A DNA stretch of 64,000 nt from Chiloscyllium plagiosum. Lineage: Eukaryota. Below are positions 50,311-62,112 of the stretch, one piece after another. The stretch covers positions 6,720,846 to 6,784,845 of the forward strand of contig NC_057719.1 in assembly GCF_004010195.1 (NCBI RefSeq), written 5' to 3'. Made by a program: the position numbers and the translations under genes. Within the stretch, counting starts at the first letter, position 1. Each line of letters starts with the position of its first letter. The notes beneath the pieces were generated by a model. That model saw only the letters and a program-made list of their open reading frames with translations, was not told the DNA's origin and did no database searches.

Positions 50311-51800
50311 TAGAGGTGCCGGTGTTGGACTGCATGGACAAAGTTAAAAATCACACAACTCCAGGTTATAGTCTGACAGGTTTAATTGGAAGCACTAGCA
50401 TTTGGAGCGTTGCTCCTTCATCAGGTGGTTGTGGGGGTTAAGATCATGCTCACAGAATGTATAGCCAAAGGAGTCCAGTGTCAGGGAGATGTGACACAGG
50501 AAACAATCTTAGATTAAAACTTACATCTTTTAGAATGGGATATGCTGGTTTCTGTACTTTGATATATGAATCTCAGAACTTCTTTTAAATTACATTCCCA
50601 AGATAGCTCAGCTTTATAAACAACAGGTGTGAAGTCTGTCTGTGTCCCAATGCGATGTCAGACTGACAAACCCTCTGTATAGTTTTACAGAGTTTTACAT
50701 GGATTCATGCAGCTTTTGAGCAAAATAAAACGCAATTCTTCAAAAACAAATTCACCCCATAAGCTGCTGTGTGTGCGCATGTAGGAGCAACAGATTGAGC
50801 GTGCATGTGAGTGTGTGGGTGTGGGTGTGAGTGCACATGATGGTGTGGGTGTATTTTTGTGTATGTGTAAGCTTGGTTAAGTGTGTGTGAGTGTGATGGG
50901 GTATGTGTGAGAGGGTGCGTGTTTTGGTGTGATTGCAGGGGGTGTATGGGTGTGCACATGAGAGAGAGCCTGTGTTTGAGGGAGGGTCTGCGAGGGTGTG
51001 TGAATATGCAGGACAACAACAGTGGGACAAAACCATACAACCCTGCCACAGCAGCTGCTGCAAGACATGTCAGAGTATCAACACAGATAACACCATTACA
51101 TGTGGGGACACCTCCCACCATGTTCACTGTAGGTACTCATGTGACTTGGCCAATGTGGTCTATCTCATACACTGCAGGCAAGGATGCCCTGAGGGATGGT
51201 AGGTTGGTGAGACTGAGCAGACGCTACGACAATGGATGAATGGACACCGCACAACAATCACCAAAAAGGGTGTTCCCTCCCAGTCGGGGAACGTTTCAGC
51301 GGTCTGGGACATTTGGCTTTGGACCTTTGGGCGGACTTCAGGACAAGCGACAGCGCAGACTGGCCGAGCAGAGGCCGATAGCAAATTTCGGTACCTATGG
51401 GAATGGCCTCAACCAGGACCTTGGGTTCATGTCACATTACAAGTGACACCACAGCACGATACACTCTCTCTCACACACACATACACTCCTACATATCACG
51501 CAGACCCTCCCTCACACGCAAGCTCTTTCTCATATGCACACACCAACACATGCACCCTCTCACACATGCCCCATCACACTCACACACACACTTACCTAAG
51601 CTTACACACACACATACATACAAAGTTAAAAATCACACAACACCAGGTTGTAGTCCAACAGGTTTAATTCGAAGCACTAGCTTTCGGAGCGCTGCTCCTT
51701 CATCAGATGATTGTGGAGTATAAGATTGTAAGACACAGAATTTATAGCAAAAATTTACAGTGTGACGTAACTGAAATGATATATTGAAAAAGACCTGGAT
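50311..51800. mobile_element. PLE family B composite with coding remnant and inverted pLTRs
   Basis: Minus pLTR plus TG-rich 3' region (50311-50990), plus-strand ORF end and CA-rich tail (51010-51620), and a second minus pLTR with an intact hammerhead at 51678-51706. Confidence 0.85.
51020..51446 (+). pseudogene. GIY-YIG endonuclease domain of a Penelope-like element
   Basis: PCHSSCCKTC...YSCDLANVVYLIHCRQGCPEGW*VGETEQTLRQWMNGHR ... RRLAEQRPIANFGTYGNGLNQDLGFMSHYK*; premature stop and frameshifts. Confidence 0.9.
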
Positions 51801-51875
51801 TTCAGTCTTGTTGCTTCATTAACCATCTGTTTCAAATGTGCATCTGTCTGAGAGCAATTTTTGTCTGGTGGGTGT

Positions 51876-52237
51876 GGCTGGCACAGTGGCTCAGTAGTTA
51901 GCACAGTTGCCTCACAGCACCAGGGACCTGCGTTCAATTCCACCCTCTGGCAACTGTCTGTGTGGAGGTTGCACATTCTGCCTGTGTCTGAGTGGGTTTC
52001 CTTCGGGTGTTCTAGTTTCCTCCCACAGTCCATAGTTGTGTAGGTTAGGGTGGATTGTCCATGCTAAATGCCCCATAATGTCCAGGGATGTGCAGGCTGG
52101 GTGGATTAGCCATTGGAAATGCAGGGTTACACAGGTGGGGTGGGGGGATGAGTCTGGGTGGGATGCTCTTCAGAGGGTTAGTATGTATTTGAGGGGCCAA
52201 ATGGCCTGTGCCCCCACTGTAGGGATTCTATGATTCT
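51876..52237 (+). mobile_element. HE1-type V-SINE
   Basis: TGGCTCAGTAG A box, GTTCAATTCC B box, V-domain and ATTCTATGATTCTA tail. Confidence 0.85.
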
Positions 52238-53368
52238 AACTGTGCATCTCACCTTGTTAATATGTAGCCTCCTAACCTCCTACCCATAAGGACATGAGAT
52301 TATGAAAATTCCTGCCTTGGGAGTTGAAACAGGAAGCTCTTTGGATGCTTTTCCAGCATCACACTCTCGACCTGGTGATTTGAGTTTACTGTTTGCTCCT
52401 GAGCGCCTCCACCAGAGACACCCAGGACCAGAATCTCAGGGCGCACACTGTGGGTGGCAACTGAAAGCTGCCAACATCCATAGACCTTGCATTGTACACT
52501 CGGAAGACTCTCCTCAACATAGTGGCATATCTTTGATCTACGTACCTGACACTTGTGCACATAGTTGCACATCAAGCCAAACCAGCAACTCTCACTGTAG
52601 TGCTGCTGCAAGGACACTGTATGCTCAGGGTCAGGAACAATCCCCAGCTTGTGCATTGGATCAGGCAACATATCTGGGCTGTTCACATGCTCTCTTAATA
52701 CCCACGCATTTTAACCTACTACATGCTCATAACATTCCTGCCTTGTCTTGCTTTTCCTTACCTTTTCTCACTTTGCTCCCTCAGCCATGAATTCCATGCT
52801 CAGGGTACTTCTGTCTTTTTCTAATCAACCTGTTCAGATGTGTTCTCTGGAGCAGCTTAGATGTGAACCCAAGCCTCCTGGCTCAGAGTAGGAATGCTAC
52901 CACAGTGCCACTCAAAGGCAGGAAGCTTGTCATGGTTGTCAGCATCCCTCAGTCAAGTGAAGTCTTCAGTCAGGCAGTCAACTGTAACCTCTGATACCAA
53001 TCCAGGGACTTGGACATGGTCAGTCAGCTACTGGGAGTGGTCAGTGACAGGATCCCACTCCTATGAGGAGTGAAGAGCTGAATGTCAGTCAGCCCACCAC
53101 CTAACTTGGCTTGTGTTGTGCTGTGTTCTCCTGGAATGGGAGGTATCAAAGGAGATGGGGTAAAGTGATGAGTTTTCCTGGGTAGGTGAGTAGGCAGCAC
53201 AGGGGGCAGGCAGTGCAGGGGACATGCAGTGTTAGTGCTGTCAGGGGTTGGGGTGGGTGACAGTGAGTGAGGGAAGATGTTGCAGGTGATAGAGCAGGAA
53301 CCTTAGTGGGAGGTATGTGCAGAAGTAGGGTGAGTGTGGGGTTGCAGAGAGATGATGATGGCACTTAC

Positions 53369-54382
53369 GCTGGCAAAGTGGAGAATGTTCACTAGGATGA
53401 TCCCTGGAATGGAGGGACTGTCTTCTGAGCAAAGGCTAAACTGGTTGGGGCTTCACTCATTGGAACTGAGGAGGATGAGAGGAGATCTAGTTGAAACATG
53501 CAGGATTCTTAAGGGGCTTGACAGGGTAAATGCTGAGGTAAAAACCGGACCATATCTGCCTATCTTCTTTCCCACCTATCCACTCCACCCTCCTCCCTGA
53601 CTTATCACATTCATCCCCTCCCCCACTCACCTATTGTACTCGATGCTACTTTCTCCCCATCCCCACCCTCCTCTCATTTATCTCTCCACCCTTCAGGCTC
53701 TCTGCCTGTATTCCTGATGAAGGGCTTTTGCCCGAAACATCGATTTTACTGCTCCTCGGATGCTGCCTGAACTGCTGTGCTTTTCCAGCACCACTCTACT
53801 CCAGGGTAAATGCTGAGAGGATGTTCCCCCTCATGAGAGAGTCCAGGACAGAGGGCATGGCCTCAGAATTAAAAGGCACCAATTTCAGATTGAGATGAGG
53901 AGGAATTTCTTCTCTCAGAGGGTTGAGAGTCTTTGGAACTCCTTGCCGTAGAGATCTGTGGGGGCAGATATACATTTATGTTTTATTTTATATATATTTA
54001 AGGCTGAGGTAGATAGATTCTCGGTCAATTGGTGAATCAAGAGTTATAGGGAAATTGGTGGAAAGTGGGTCTGAGGAATGTCAGATTGGCCATGATCCTA
54101 TGATGGAGCAGGGTTAAAGGACTGAATAGCCTACTCCTGTTCCCATTTATTATGGTCCTATGATCTTATTCACCCTCATTGTACACTGTTGGGCATACCT
54201 CCAGATTGCTGAGACTGCACTGGCCTGGTTGACAATCTTGGACTACTATCGGCAGGGTCTGTGGTTGTGGCCTCCAATGCCCGTCCTTGGGAGTAGTCAT
54301 CCTGCCTCTGCATCACCTCAAAAGCAACATCTCCAAGTCCCCGGCCACAGAGCGGAGCCCTATGTTCCCGCGCGTCTGCCAT
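53369..54382 (-). pseudogene. Decayed Myb/SANT-like exon of a PIF/Harbinger-type transposon, split by a CR1 (about 53387-54162)
   Basis: MADAREHRAP / GDLEMLL / EVMQRQD / *SKIVNQASAVSAIWRYAQQCTMRVN, resuming after the CR1 as ILHFAS and followed by donor GTAAGT (53363-53368, -). Confidence 0.55.
53387..54162 (+). mobile_element. CR1 3' fragment with nested PLE family A' (53538-53801)
   Basis: FTRMIPGMEGL...LRRMRGDLVET. The nested piece has TSD CAGGGTAAATGCTGAG (53522-53537 and 53802-53817) and a hammerhead at 53714-53741. Confidence 0.9.
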
Positions 54383-56529
54383 TTCTGGGCAAATGTCATG
54401 ATCTGTGCAGGACAGCTCCAGAGTAACGATGCTTGTCCAGGTGCACATGGCCTTTTAAAGATATGACAGCCCCACTGATTTAGGTCCATTCTGGGATATC
54501 TGGGCGGTGGCAAATTCTCCCAGCGACAGCCAGTGGTACAGTCGGACCAGCATCAGATGAGAGGAGCATCACAGCAGCAGGCTAGTGAATTAACGAGATG
54601 ACTTTAGATTGATAGTACAGGGAAATTTGCTCAGCCTCCTTGTGAGAAACCCTCCATGAAACGCAATGAAATCCAGACAGCTAAAAATATGTAGGTTTTA
54701 GCCCTATAAAGACATGCAACTTGGCATGAATGTCCAGGCCAATATATTTCCCTTGATGGACATACCTAAACTTATTATTGTTTAGTTATTACTTTGATGT
54801 TTGTGGGTGCCCCCTACTCGATGTAAATTAGCTGCTGTGTTTTCTGTATCACAACAGTGAATACTCTTTTTAAAAAGAGCTTATTAAATTGGCTGCAAAG
54901 CTCCTTTGGGGCATCCTGGTGTATTGAAAGGTGCTTTATAAATGTAAGACTTATCTTTCTCTCCATGAGCTCTCTAAGGAGGTTGCTTTTTGCATAAAGT
55001 GAGCATTATGGAAAGAGAGTAACCCAGTATGCTCACATCACAGTAGGGGGCCTTCAGACAGAAATCAGGAACAGAAACCCCGAATGAAATTTCTGTTCCC
55101 AGGCTCAGTGAGATGAAAGAGGAAAGAAAGGTAACTAACACACCTGTAGGACCTTCCAATTTGTTTAGCAGACTCGATACAAAGGCGACTAATTTTACTG
55201 GAATACTTGGTGACCAGGACTGAATTACTGTAGATGTGATACAGTTTTAACAGTAAACAACATTTTTCACATCACCTTGAAAAAAGTCACTGTGCTCACG
55301 AAATGTATGAGTCAGTCTCTGAGAGTTGCATTATGTGTGTTGCCACAATGTCCACTTAATTACTAGTCTGTGGAAGCATTGTTTACAGCATTTAATCAAA
55401 TGCTTCATTAAGACTGGTTTACAGAATCTGAATCTCTTCTTCTGTATTGTCTTTGATCTCAATACTCCAACCATGAGCTCTATCAGCAAATGTTAATTAA
55501 AAGTGCAGTTAGATGAGACACTGTTGAAAAACAAAACATTTTATGTTCAGCCTACTCTGTAGAGATGAATAGTGTTATCACAGATAGGTGGAGTTATTCA
55601 ATTTGTCACGTGTATGCTGACACTAAAAGCTGAATCAATAAAAGAGTCCTAAAGGCATATTCAAAATGCATATCTTCCCTGGGAATAAATCTGCAGAACC
55701 TCATTCCAGTGTCAAGTCTACAAAATAAATTATATCTCTCAACTATGTTGGTTGGTGAGGAATTGGAATAATTTTCAGCAATATGCTGGTGCCCATTTTT
55801 CAGTAAATCAATTGAGAAAATGCTGACTGTTACGAAGGAAAATAGATTTAAGTGATAGATTTGGAGATGCCGGTGTTGGACTGGGTGTACAGAGTTAAAA
55901 ATCACACAACACCAGGTTATAGTGTTGTTTAACTGGAAGCACTAGCTTTCGGAGTGCTGTTCCTTCATCAATTGTAAGACACTGAATTTATGGCAAAAGT
56001 TTACAGTGTGATGTAACTGAAATTATACATTTAAGTGTGATAGATTTAAGTGTGAAATCTAGTTAAACTCCTAGTTTAAACAATAACACATACACACACA
56101 GGCACTCCTATACACACACACACACACATACACACAGACACCCCTATACACAGACACGCACAGACACTCACACACACTGCTACAGACACACACACTCCCA
56201 CATGCACCCTGTCTCAGACTTAGACCCCTTTTCACTCACACATATACACTCTCTCACAGACACTCACAACCCCCCACCCCAAACACACTCACACACACAT
56301 GTACACATACACACGTACACATACGTTTGTGGGGTGAATTTGTACTTGCAGAGTTACATTGTACTTTGTGCAAAAACTGCATGAATCCATGTAAGACTCT
56401 GTTTACTTATTTTTTAGATTAGAATCAGTTTAAACATTATGGGACAGACAACAGAACACAGGGTATAAACAATGACTGCAGATGCTGGAAACCAGATTCT
56501 GGATTAGTGGTGCTGGAAGAGCAGCTGAG

Positions 56530-56756
56530 CTGAAAGTTTGGAACTAGGGTGAGGTGAGGGAAGGGGAAATGAGGAAACTGTTGAAGTCTACATTGATTCC
56601 CTGGGGTTGAAGTGTTCCGAGGCGGAAGTTGAGGCGTTCTTCCTCCAGGCATCTGGTGGTGAGGGAGCGGCGGTGAAGGAGGCCCAGGACCTCCATGTCC
56701 TCGGCAGAGTGGGAGGGGGAATTGAAATGTTGGGCCACAGGGCGGTGTGGTTGATT
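56530..56756 (-). pseudogene. C-terminal GIY-YIG region of a second PLE family
   Basis: ORF 56544-56765(-): PVAQHFNSPSHSAEDMEVLGL...RCLEEERLNFRLGTLQPQGINVDF. Confidence 0.85.
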
Positions 56757-56905
56757 ACAGAACACAGGGGGCTAACACCTTCAGCAACTTAACATCTTAT
56801 CTGGGCTGACACCAATTGTTACAGTTAACCTGAGAATGTAACTTTAAAAAGGTTTTGTGACTTACATATGAAAGAAGTGAAACTAACATGGTCATTCTAA
56901 CAGAT

Positions 56906-57107
56906 TTAAAAATCACACAACACCAGGTTATAGTCCAACAGGTTTAATTGGAAGCACACTAGCTTTTGGAGCGACGCTCCTTCATCAGGTGATGAAGGAG
57001 CGTCGCTCCAAAAGCTAGTGTGCTTCCAATTAAACCTGTTGGACTCTAACCTGGTGTTGTGTGATTTTTAACTCTGTACACCCCAGTCCAACACCGGCAT
57101 CTCCGAA
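56906..57107. repeat. Near-perfect palindrome (82-bp arms, 2-nt spacer) formed by a PLE family B insertion
   Basis: 56906-56987 versus 56990-57071 with one mismatch seen. TSD TCATTCTAACAGAT at 56892-56905 and 57108-57121. Confidence 0.9.
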
Positions 57108-57614
57108 TCATTCTAACAGATGAGAGACTTAACAAACAATCAAGGTATTTTCAATGTATAATTTCAGTTACATCACACTGTAAACTTTTGCCATAAATTC
57201 AGTGTCTTCCAATTGATGAAGGAACAGCACTCCGAAAGCTAGTGCTTCCAGTTAAACAACACTATAACCTGGTGTTGTGTGATTTTTAACTCTGTACACC
57301 CAGTCCAACACCGGCACCTCCAAATCACAAATAACAACAATATTGTTAGTGTCAATTCACACTCGTTGCTGTTGTGATTCCCAACAGTCATAGAAATCCC
57401 CCAGTTCCTGCAGCTCTGGATCTTGTTAGAAGCAGGTTAGGTGGGATTTCCTTGTCCCACTCCTCCACTACACACACCAAACTTGGAGTTTATAAAGGGA
57501 AGTGATATTGCCAATTGTCAGATTGTTCAGTGCTCAATATCCAAAACAAGCGAGATGATGGTATAGTGGTAATGTCACTGCGCCAGTAATCAGAACTCAA
57601 TCACATCATTTATC

Positions 57615-58720
57615 ATAGATTACATTTTCTTACAATGGACACCAAGCTGACAGAGCTGTGGTTCTCTATTCTCCTTCTTCCTCCCTTATTAAAGAGTAGG
57701 GCTACATTTGCTACCTTCCAGTCAGCAGGAACCTTCCCAGAATCTATAGAATTACAAAAATAAACACCAATGCATCCTTTATTTCTATTGTTACTTTCTT
57801 CAAAACTCTGAAAGGTGAATGGATGGGATAGGTATGAAAGGAAATGGACCAAATTCAGGCAAATGGGACTAGATTAATTGTGAAAATTGGGCTGCATAGA
57901 CTGGTTGGGCCAAAGGGCCTGTTACTATGCTATAAACCTCTATGACTCTGGGATGAAGCTCCCCTGGTCCTGAAGATTTATCAGTATTCGATCCAGTTAA
58001 TTTTTCAAGTATTATCTCTTCACTAATACTAATTTATTTTAGTTCCTCAGTTACACAAGTTCCTTGGTTAGTTAGTATTTCTGGGAGAGTTTCTATATTT
58101 TCTTCTATAAAGACAGACTTGACTGTTCAGTTTCCCTGCTATTTCCATGTTCTCCATTATAAACCCTCCTGCCCCCACATGTAACAATCACATCCTTGCT
58201 AATCTTTTACCTTTCACATATCTGTAAAAGCTTTTACAAGATGCTTTTATTTTTTTGCTAGCTTGCATTTATACTTTCTTTTCACTTTTCTTACTAGTTT
58301 CTGGGCCCTCCTTTGCTGGGTCCGAAATTGTTCCCAATCTTTAGGCTTATCTTTATTTCTAGATTTTTAAGTGACCATTTCCTCTGATCCTTAGCAATCC
58401 TTAGTTACTTTCATTAACCAGGGTTGAGTCACCTTTTCCTTTAGGTGTTGTGACTTAGAAGAATTTATATCTGTTGCAGACCCTGTTGGAGGACTTTAAA
58501 TACTAGCCATAGCCTGCCTGCCATCACACGCTTAGTGTAGTTTCCCAATCCACCAGAGCATAGCCCCTGAACATCACAGTCCCCTCTGCTCAGATTGAAA
58601 ATCTTAGTTTCAGGATAACTTGGTCACATTTAAACTTATTGTAGAATTTTGTCATATTATCGTCATTATTTCTTCTCTACAAGATTATTAATTAACCATT
58701 AAGTCCAAAATAGCCAGTCC
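57615..58720 (-). mobile_element. Old CR1 ORF2 fragment
   Basis: ORF 57613-57852(-): DSGKVPADWKVANVALLFNKGG...SVSLVSIV. Confidence 0.75.
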
Positions 58721-58779
58721 CTACAATGAAAAGTACTGTTTTGCGTGCTAACCAGACAAATCATGCTCCACATGAGTAT

Positions 58780-58931
58780 GTATCGACGTTTCGGGCATAA
58801 GCCCTTCTTCCTGAAGAAGGGCTTATGCCCGAAACGTCGATTCTCCTGTTCCCTGGATGCTGCCTGACCTGCTGCGCTTTTCCAGCAACACATTTTCAGC
58901 TCTGATCTCCAGCATCTGCTGACCTCACTTT
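58780..58931 (+). mobile_element. PLE family A insertion with a short inverted head and intact hammerhead
   Basis: Core at 58811-58838, with an inverted copy of about 28 nt immediately upstream. TSD CTCCACATGAGTAT at 58766-58779 and 58932-58945. Confidence 0.9.
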
Positions 58932-58945
58932 CTCCACATGAGTAT

Positions 58946-59297
58946 ATCAGAGTAATAAAACAGAATGCAGAACATAGTGTTTGAGCTACAAAGAAGATGC
59001 AGGGAAAGATCAACACGCATATATGAGAGGAGTGTCCATAAGTCTGATAACAGCAAGGATGAAGCTTTCTTTGAATCTGTTGGTACATGTTTTCAAATGT
59101 TTGTGTCTTCTGCTCAATGGAAGAGGGTAGAATAGAGTATAACCAGGGTAGGAAGGGTCTTTGATGATGTTGGCTGCTTTCCTGAGTCAGCGGGAAATGT
59201 AGATGGAGTAAATGTAAGGAAGGCTGTTTTTTTTTGACGGTCTGGGCTGCGTCCACAAGTCTCTATAATTTCTTGTGGTCTTGGGCAGAGCTGTTAC
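58946..59297 (-). mobile_element. Rex1/Babar-like LINE 3' fragment
   Basis: Minus-strand KAANIIKDPSYPGYTLFYPLP...TNRFKESFI, typical of Rex1-type ORF ends. Confidence 0.6.
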
Positions 59298-59299
59298 TA

Positions 59300-59520
59300 C
59301 AGGTACACAATCCTTTATCCAAAATCCTTGGGGCCAGTTGTTTTTCAGAATTTGGAATTTGGAATAAATGACATTTTCACATCTGAATGACATGGTCTGA
59401 GTGGGTGTGGAGTTGGGTCACCTGTTTGCATGCCAAATGACACTCCATACTCTATGAAATAAATTTCGGATTTTGGAGCTTTACAGATTTCGGAATTTCA
59501 GATAAAGGATTGTGTACCTC
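59300..59520. mobile_element. Tc1/mariner-pogo (Tigger-like) MITE
   Basis: TIRs CAGGTACACAATCCTTTATC and GATAAAGGATTGTGTACCTC (19/20 match), with TA at 59298-59299 and 59521-59522. Confidence 0.85.
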
Positions 59521-59714
59521 TATCAGGAATTTATCCTCCACCGAATTAGTGCTGACCTAATTAACCCAGTCTATGTGCAAATTTAAGTCACCCATTATAA
59601 CAGTTTTACCCATGCAACATGCACTTCCAATTTCCTAATTTATGGTGTGCTGAAAATTAGTTTTATGGTTTGATATTCTTTAAACAACTCTCACCAATGT
59701 TTGCTTCCACTTAA

Positions 59715-60360
59715 AGTCATAGAGTCATAGAGATGTGCAGCATGGAAACAGACCCTTCAATCCAAATTGTCCATGCCGACCAAATATCCCAACTTTGGAA
59801 AATATTAAGATTGATAAGTCCCCAGGGCCAGGCCAGATTTATCCTAGGCTGCTCCAGGAAGCGAGAAAGGAGGTTGCTAAGCCGCTGGTGAGGATCTTTG
59901 CCTCCTCACTCTCCACGGGAGTCGTACCGGAGGATTGGAGGGAGGCAAATGTTGTTCCACTTCTCAAGAAGGGTAATAGGGAAATCCCTGGCAATTACAG
60001 ACCAGTCAGTCTCTTGTCTGTCGTCAGCAAAGTTGTGGAAAGAATTCTGAGGGATAGGATTTATGACTATTTGGCAAAGCATAGTGTGATTAAAGGCAGT
60101 CAGCATGGCTTTGTGAGGGGCAGGTCATGCCTCACAAATCTTATTGAGTTCTTTGAGGAGGTGTCAAGACAGGTCGATGATGGTCGAGCAGTGGATGTGG
60201 TAAATGGATTTCAACAAGGCATTTGATAGGGTTCCCCATGGTAGGCTCATTCATAAAGTTTTCCCTGGGATGGGGGAGTCCAGAACTAGAGGGCATAGGC
60301 TTAGGGTGAGAGGGGAAAGATATAAAAGGGACCCAAGGGGCAACTTTTGCACGCAGAGGT
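59715..60360 (+). mobile_element. Mosaic of CR1 fragments (RT piece plus 3' pieces)
   Basis: ORF 59735-60226: KSPGPGQIYPRLL...NYRPVSL...QHGFVRGRSCLTNLIEFFE. An inverted tail piece lies at about 59715-59793. Confidence 0.9.
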
Positions 60361-61218
60361 CTCTGCCTGTACTTATAGGCAGTGAGTTGAAGATTCCCAT
60401 CACCCTCTGGATGAAAATTGTTTTCTCATATTTGATGCTTGCCATTGCTTTTTCGTGCTTCTATTTTTGATGACTTCTTTCCTTTTTTTTTACCAGTTAT
60501 GCTTTTCTCGAATCTGACCTTTCTCTTATATTCCCAGCCCCCTTGCCAATCTAGTTTTAAATCCACCTTAACAGCAGTAACAAATCTCCCTGTGAGGATA
60601 ATTGTCCTGATTCTGATAGGCACTGCAAAGTAGGAAACCAATCTGTGAGTGAGACTATCTCGGGGAACTTGACCACCACCTCCTTGGTTTTTTTGGAACA
60701 CCTGGAGGTCACTCACTCCTTATCTGCCCACCCAACTTTCAGTCATGGTGTGACTTGTTCCCCAAACATGCTATCTATGTAGTCCCCTGCCTCAACGATG
60801 CACAACACCGCCTCCTACTGTGGCTTGAGTTCCAAATCCAGGAGCTCACATTGTGCAGCTGCTGACACTTCCTACAGATGTGTTAATCCCAGACACATGG
60901 TACGTCCACGGCTTTCCAGATTCTATAGGCCGTACATTCCACTTGCCAGGCTGCTCTGCCATGTAGTAACTATACTGACTATTTATTACAAGTGGAATAG
61001 CCAACCAGCTCCTCCTGCTGTACCAAAGTAGGAGCCAAATATTGGACAGTGAAGAAAACAGGTTAAAATAAAATTAAAACAAAAGCACGTCTTCCTCACT
61101 TCACCTGCCTCACCACTCATCAGACTCACTTGATTTATTGCAAACAATGCTGATTCAGCTAGAGTTTCATAGATTATGAACAAAAGGTTCAAAAACAACT
61201 CCCTTTCATGAAAGCTTG

Positions 61219-61264
61219 CTCTCACTCTCTCTCTCTCACTCTCTCTCTCTCTCTCACACACACA
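61219..61264. repeat. (CT)n(CA)n microsatellite
   Basis: Direct observation. Confidence 0.85.
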
Positions 61265-62112
61265 TAAATCTCTAAGCCTTGGGAAAAAAAAAAGCCTCAT
61301 CAAGCGTTATCTTAAAAATACTTTGGCTAAATATTAGTTAAATTCATCCATGCTGGTCTGTTGCTGAAATTACTTTGCACACAAGCTGTCCTGGATCAGT
61401 TATGATTGGCTGCATCAACTCTTCTGCAGACAGTGGTATAGATTTGTATCTTCTTCAATAATGTTCGAAAGTAATATTTGCGAAAACATATCTTCACAAC
61501 TGTCTGAACATTTTGGGTTCATGTGCCACTCAAAGACTTGAGCACACAATCCAGACTACACTCCCAATGCAGTCATGAGGTATATTGCACTGTTGAATTT
61601 GATTTCTTTTGTGTGTGATTTTAAGTGGATGCCCTTTCTGTCCTCTCAAGGCAATGTGAAAGATCCATAGCATGAATTTGAAGAAGAATAGCAAGTTTTT
61701 TTTAAATAGGGAGATTTTCCTTGGTATTTTGGTCAATATTTATTCCTCAATCAACACCTAAAACGAATTATCTGATCAGTAGAGTCTTGCTGTAGACATA
61801 TTGGCCACTGAATTTTTCATCATCTACACATCAGGAAGTTCTTCATTGATGATAAAGGTTTGTAGAATATACTTTGCAATGTTCTTTTCCCCCCAGGCAA
61901 GATATGGAGCATGAAAGGGAGACAGGTAGCAGAAAAATTTGAAGTGATTTAAACTGCGTCCTGTATTGTTTTTATTTGGTGTAAGTAGATTTAAATTGAA
62001 CTCTGCATTGTCCAAGGGTAGTTTACACATTATTGAACCAGGAGCGTTAACATGTTTCTGACCGTCTTGAAGGCTATTAAAACCATGAGCTACATCTCTG
62101 CCAGGACTCTGG

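Larger units (their letters stand above)
55857..57327. mobile_element. PLE family B composite with outer inverted arms and two nested PLE insertions
   Basis: Outer arms at about 55857-56030 and 57156-57327, a CA-rich tract at 56085-56320, a nested family A' piece at about 56465-56756 and a nested palindrome at 56906-57107. Confidence 0.85.

Noticed and set aside
50705..51127. His/Thr-rich ORFs (also 51236-51723, 56202-56384)
   Set aside because: These are translations of CA/TG-rich tracts in the PLE 3' region.
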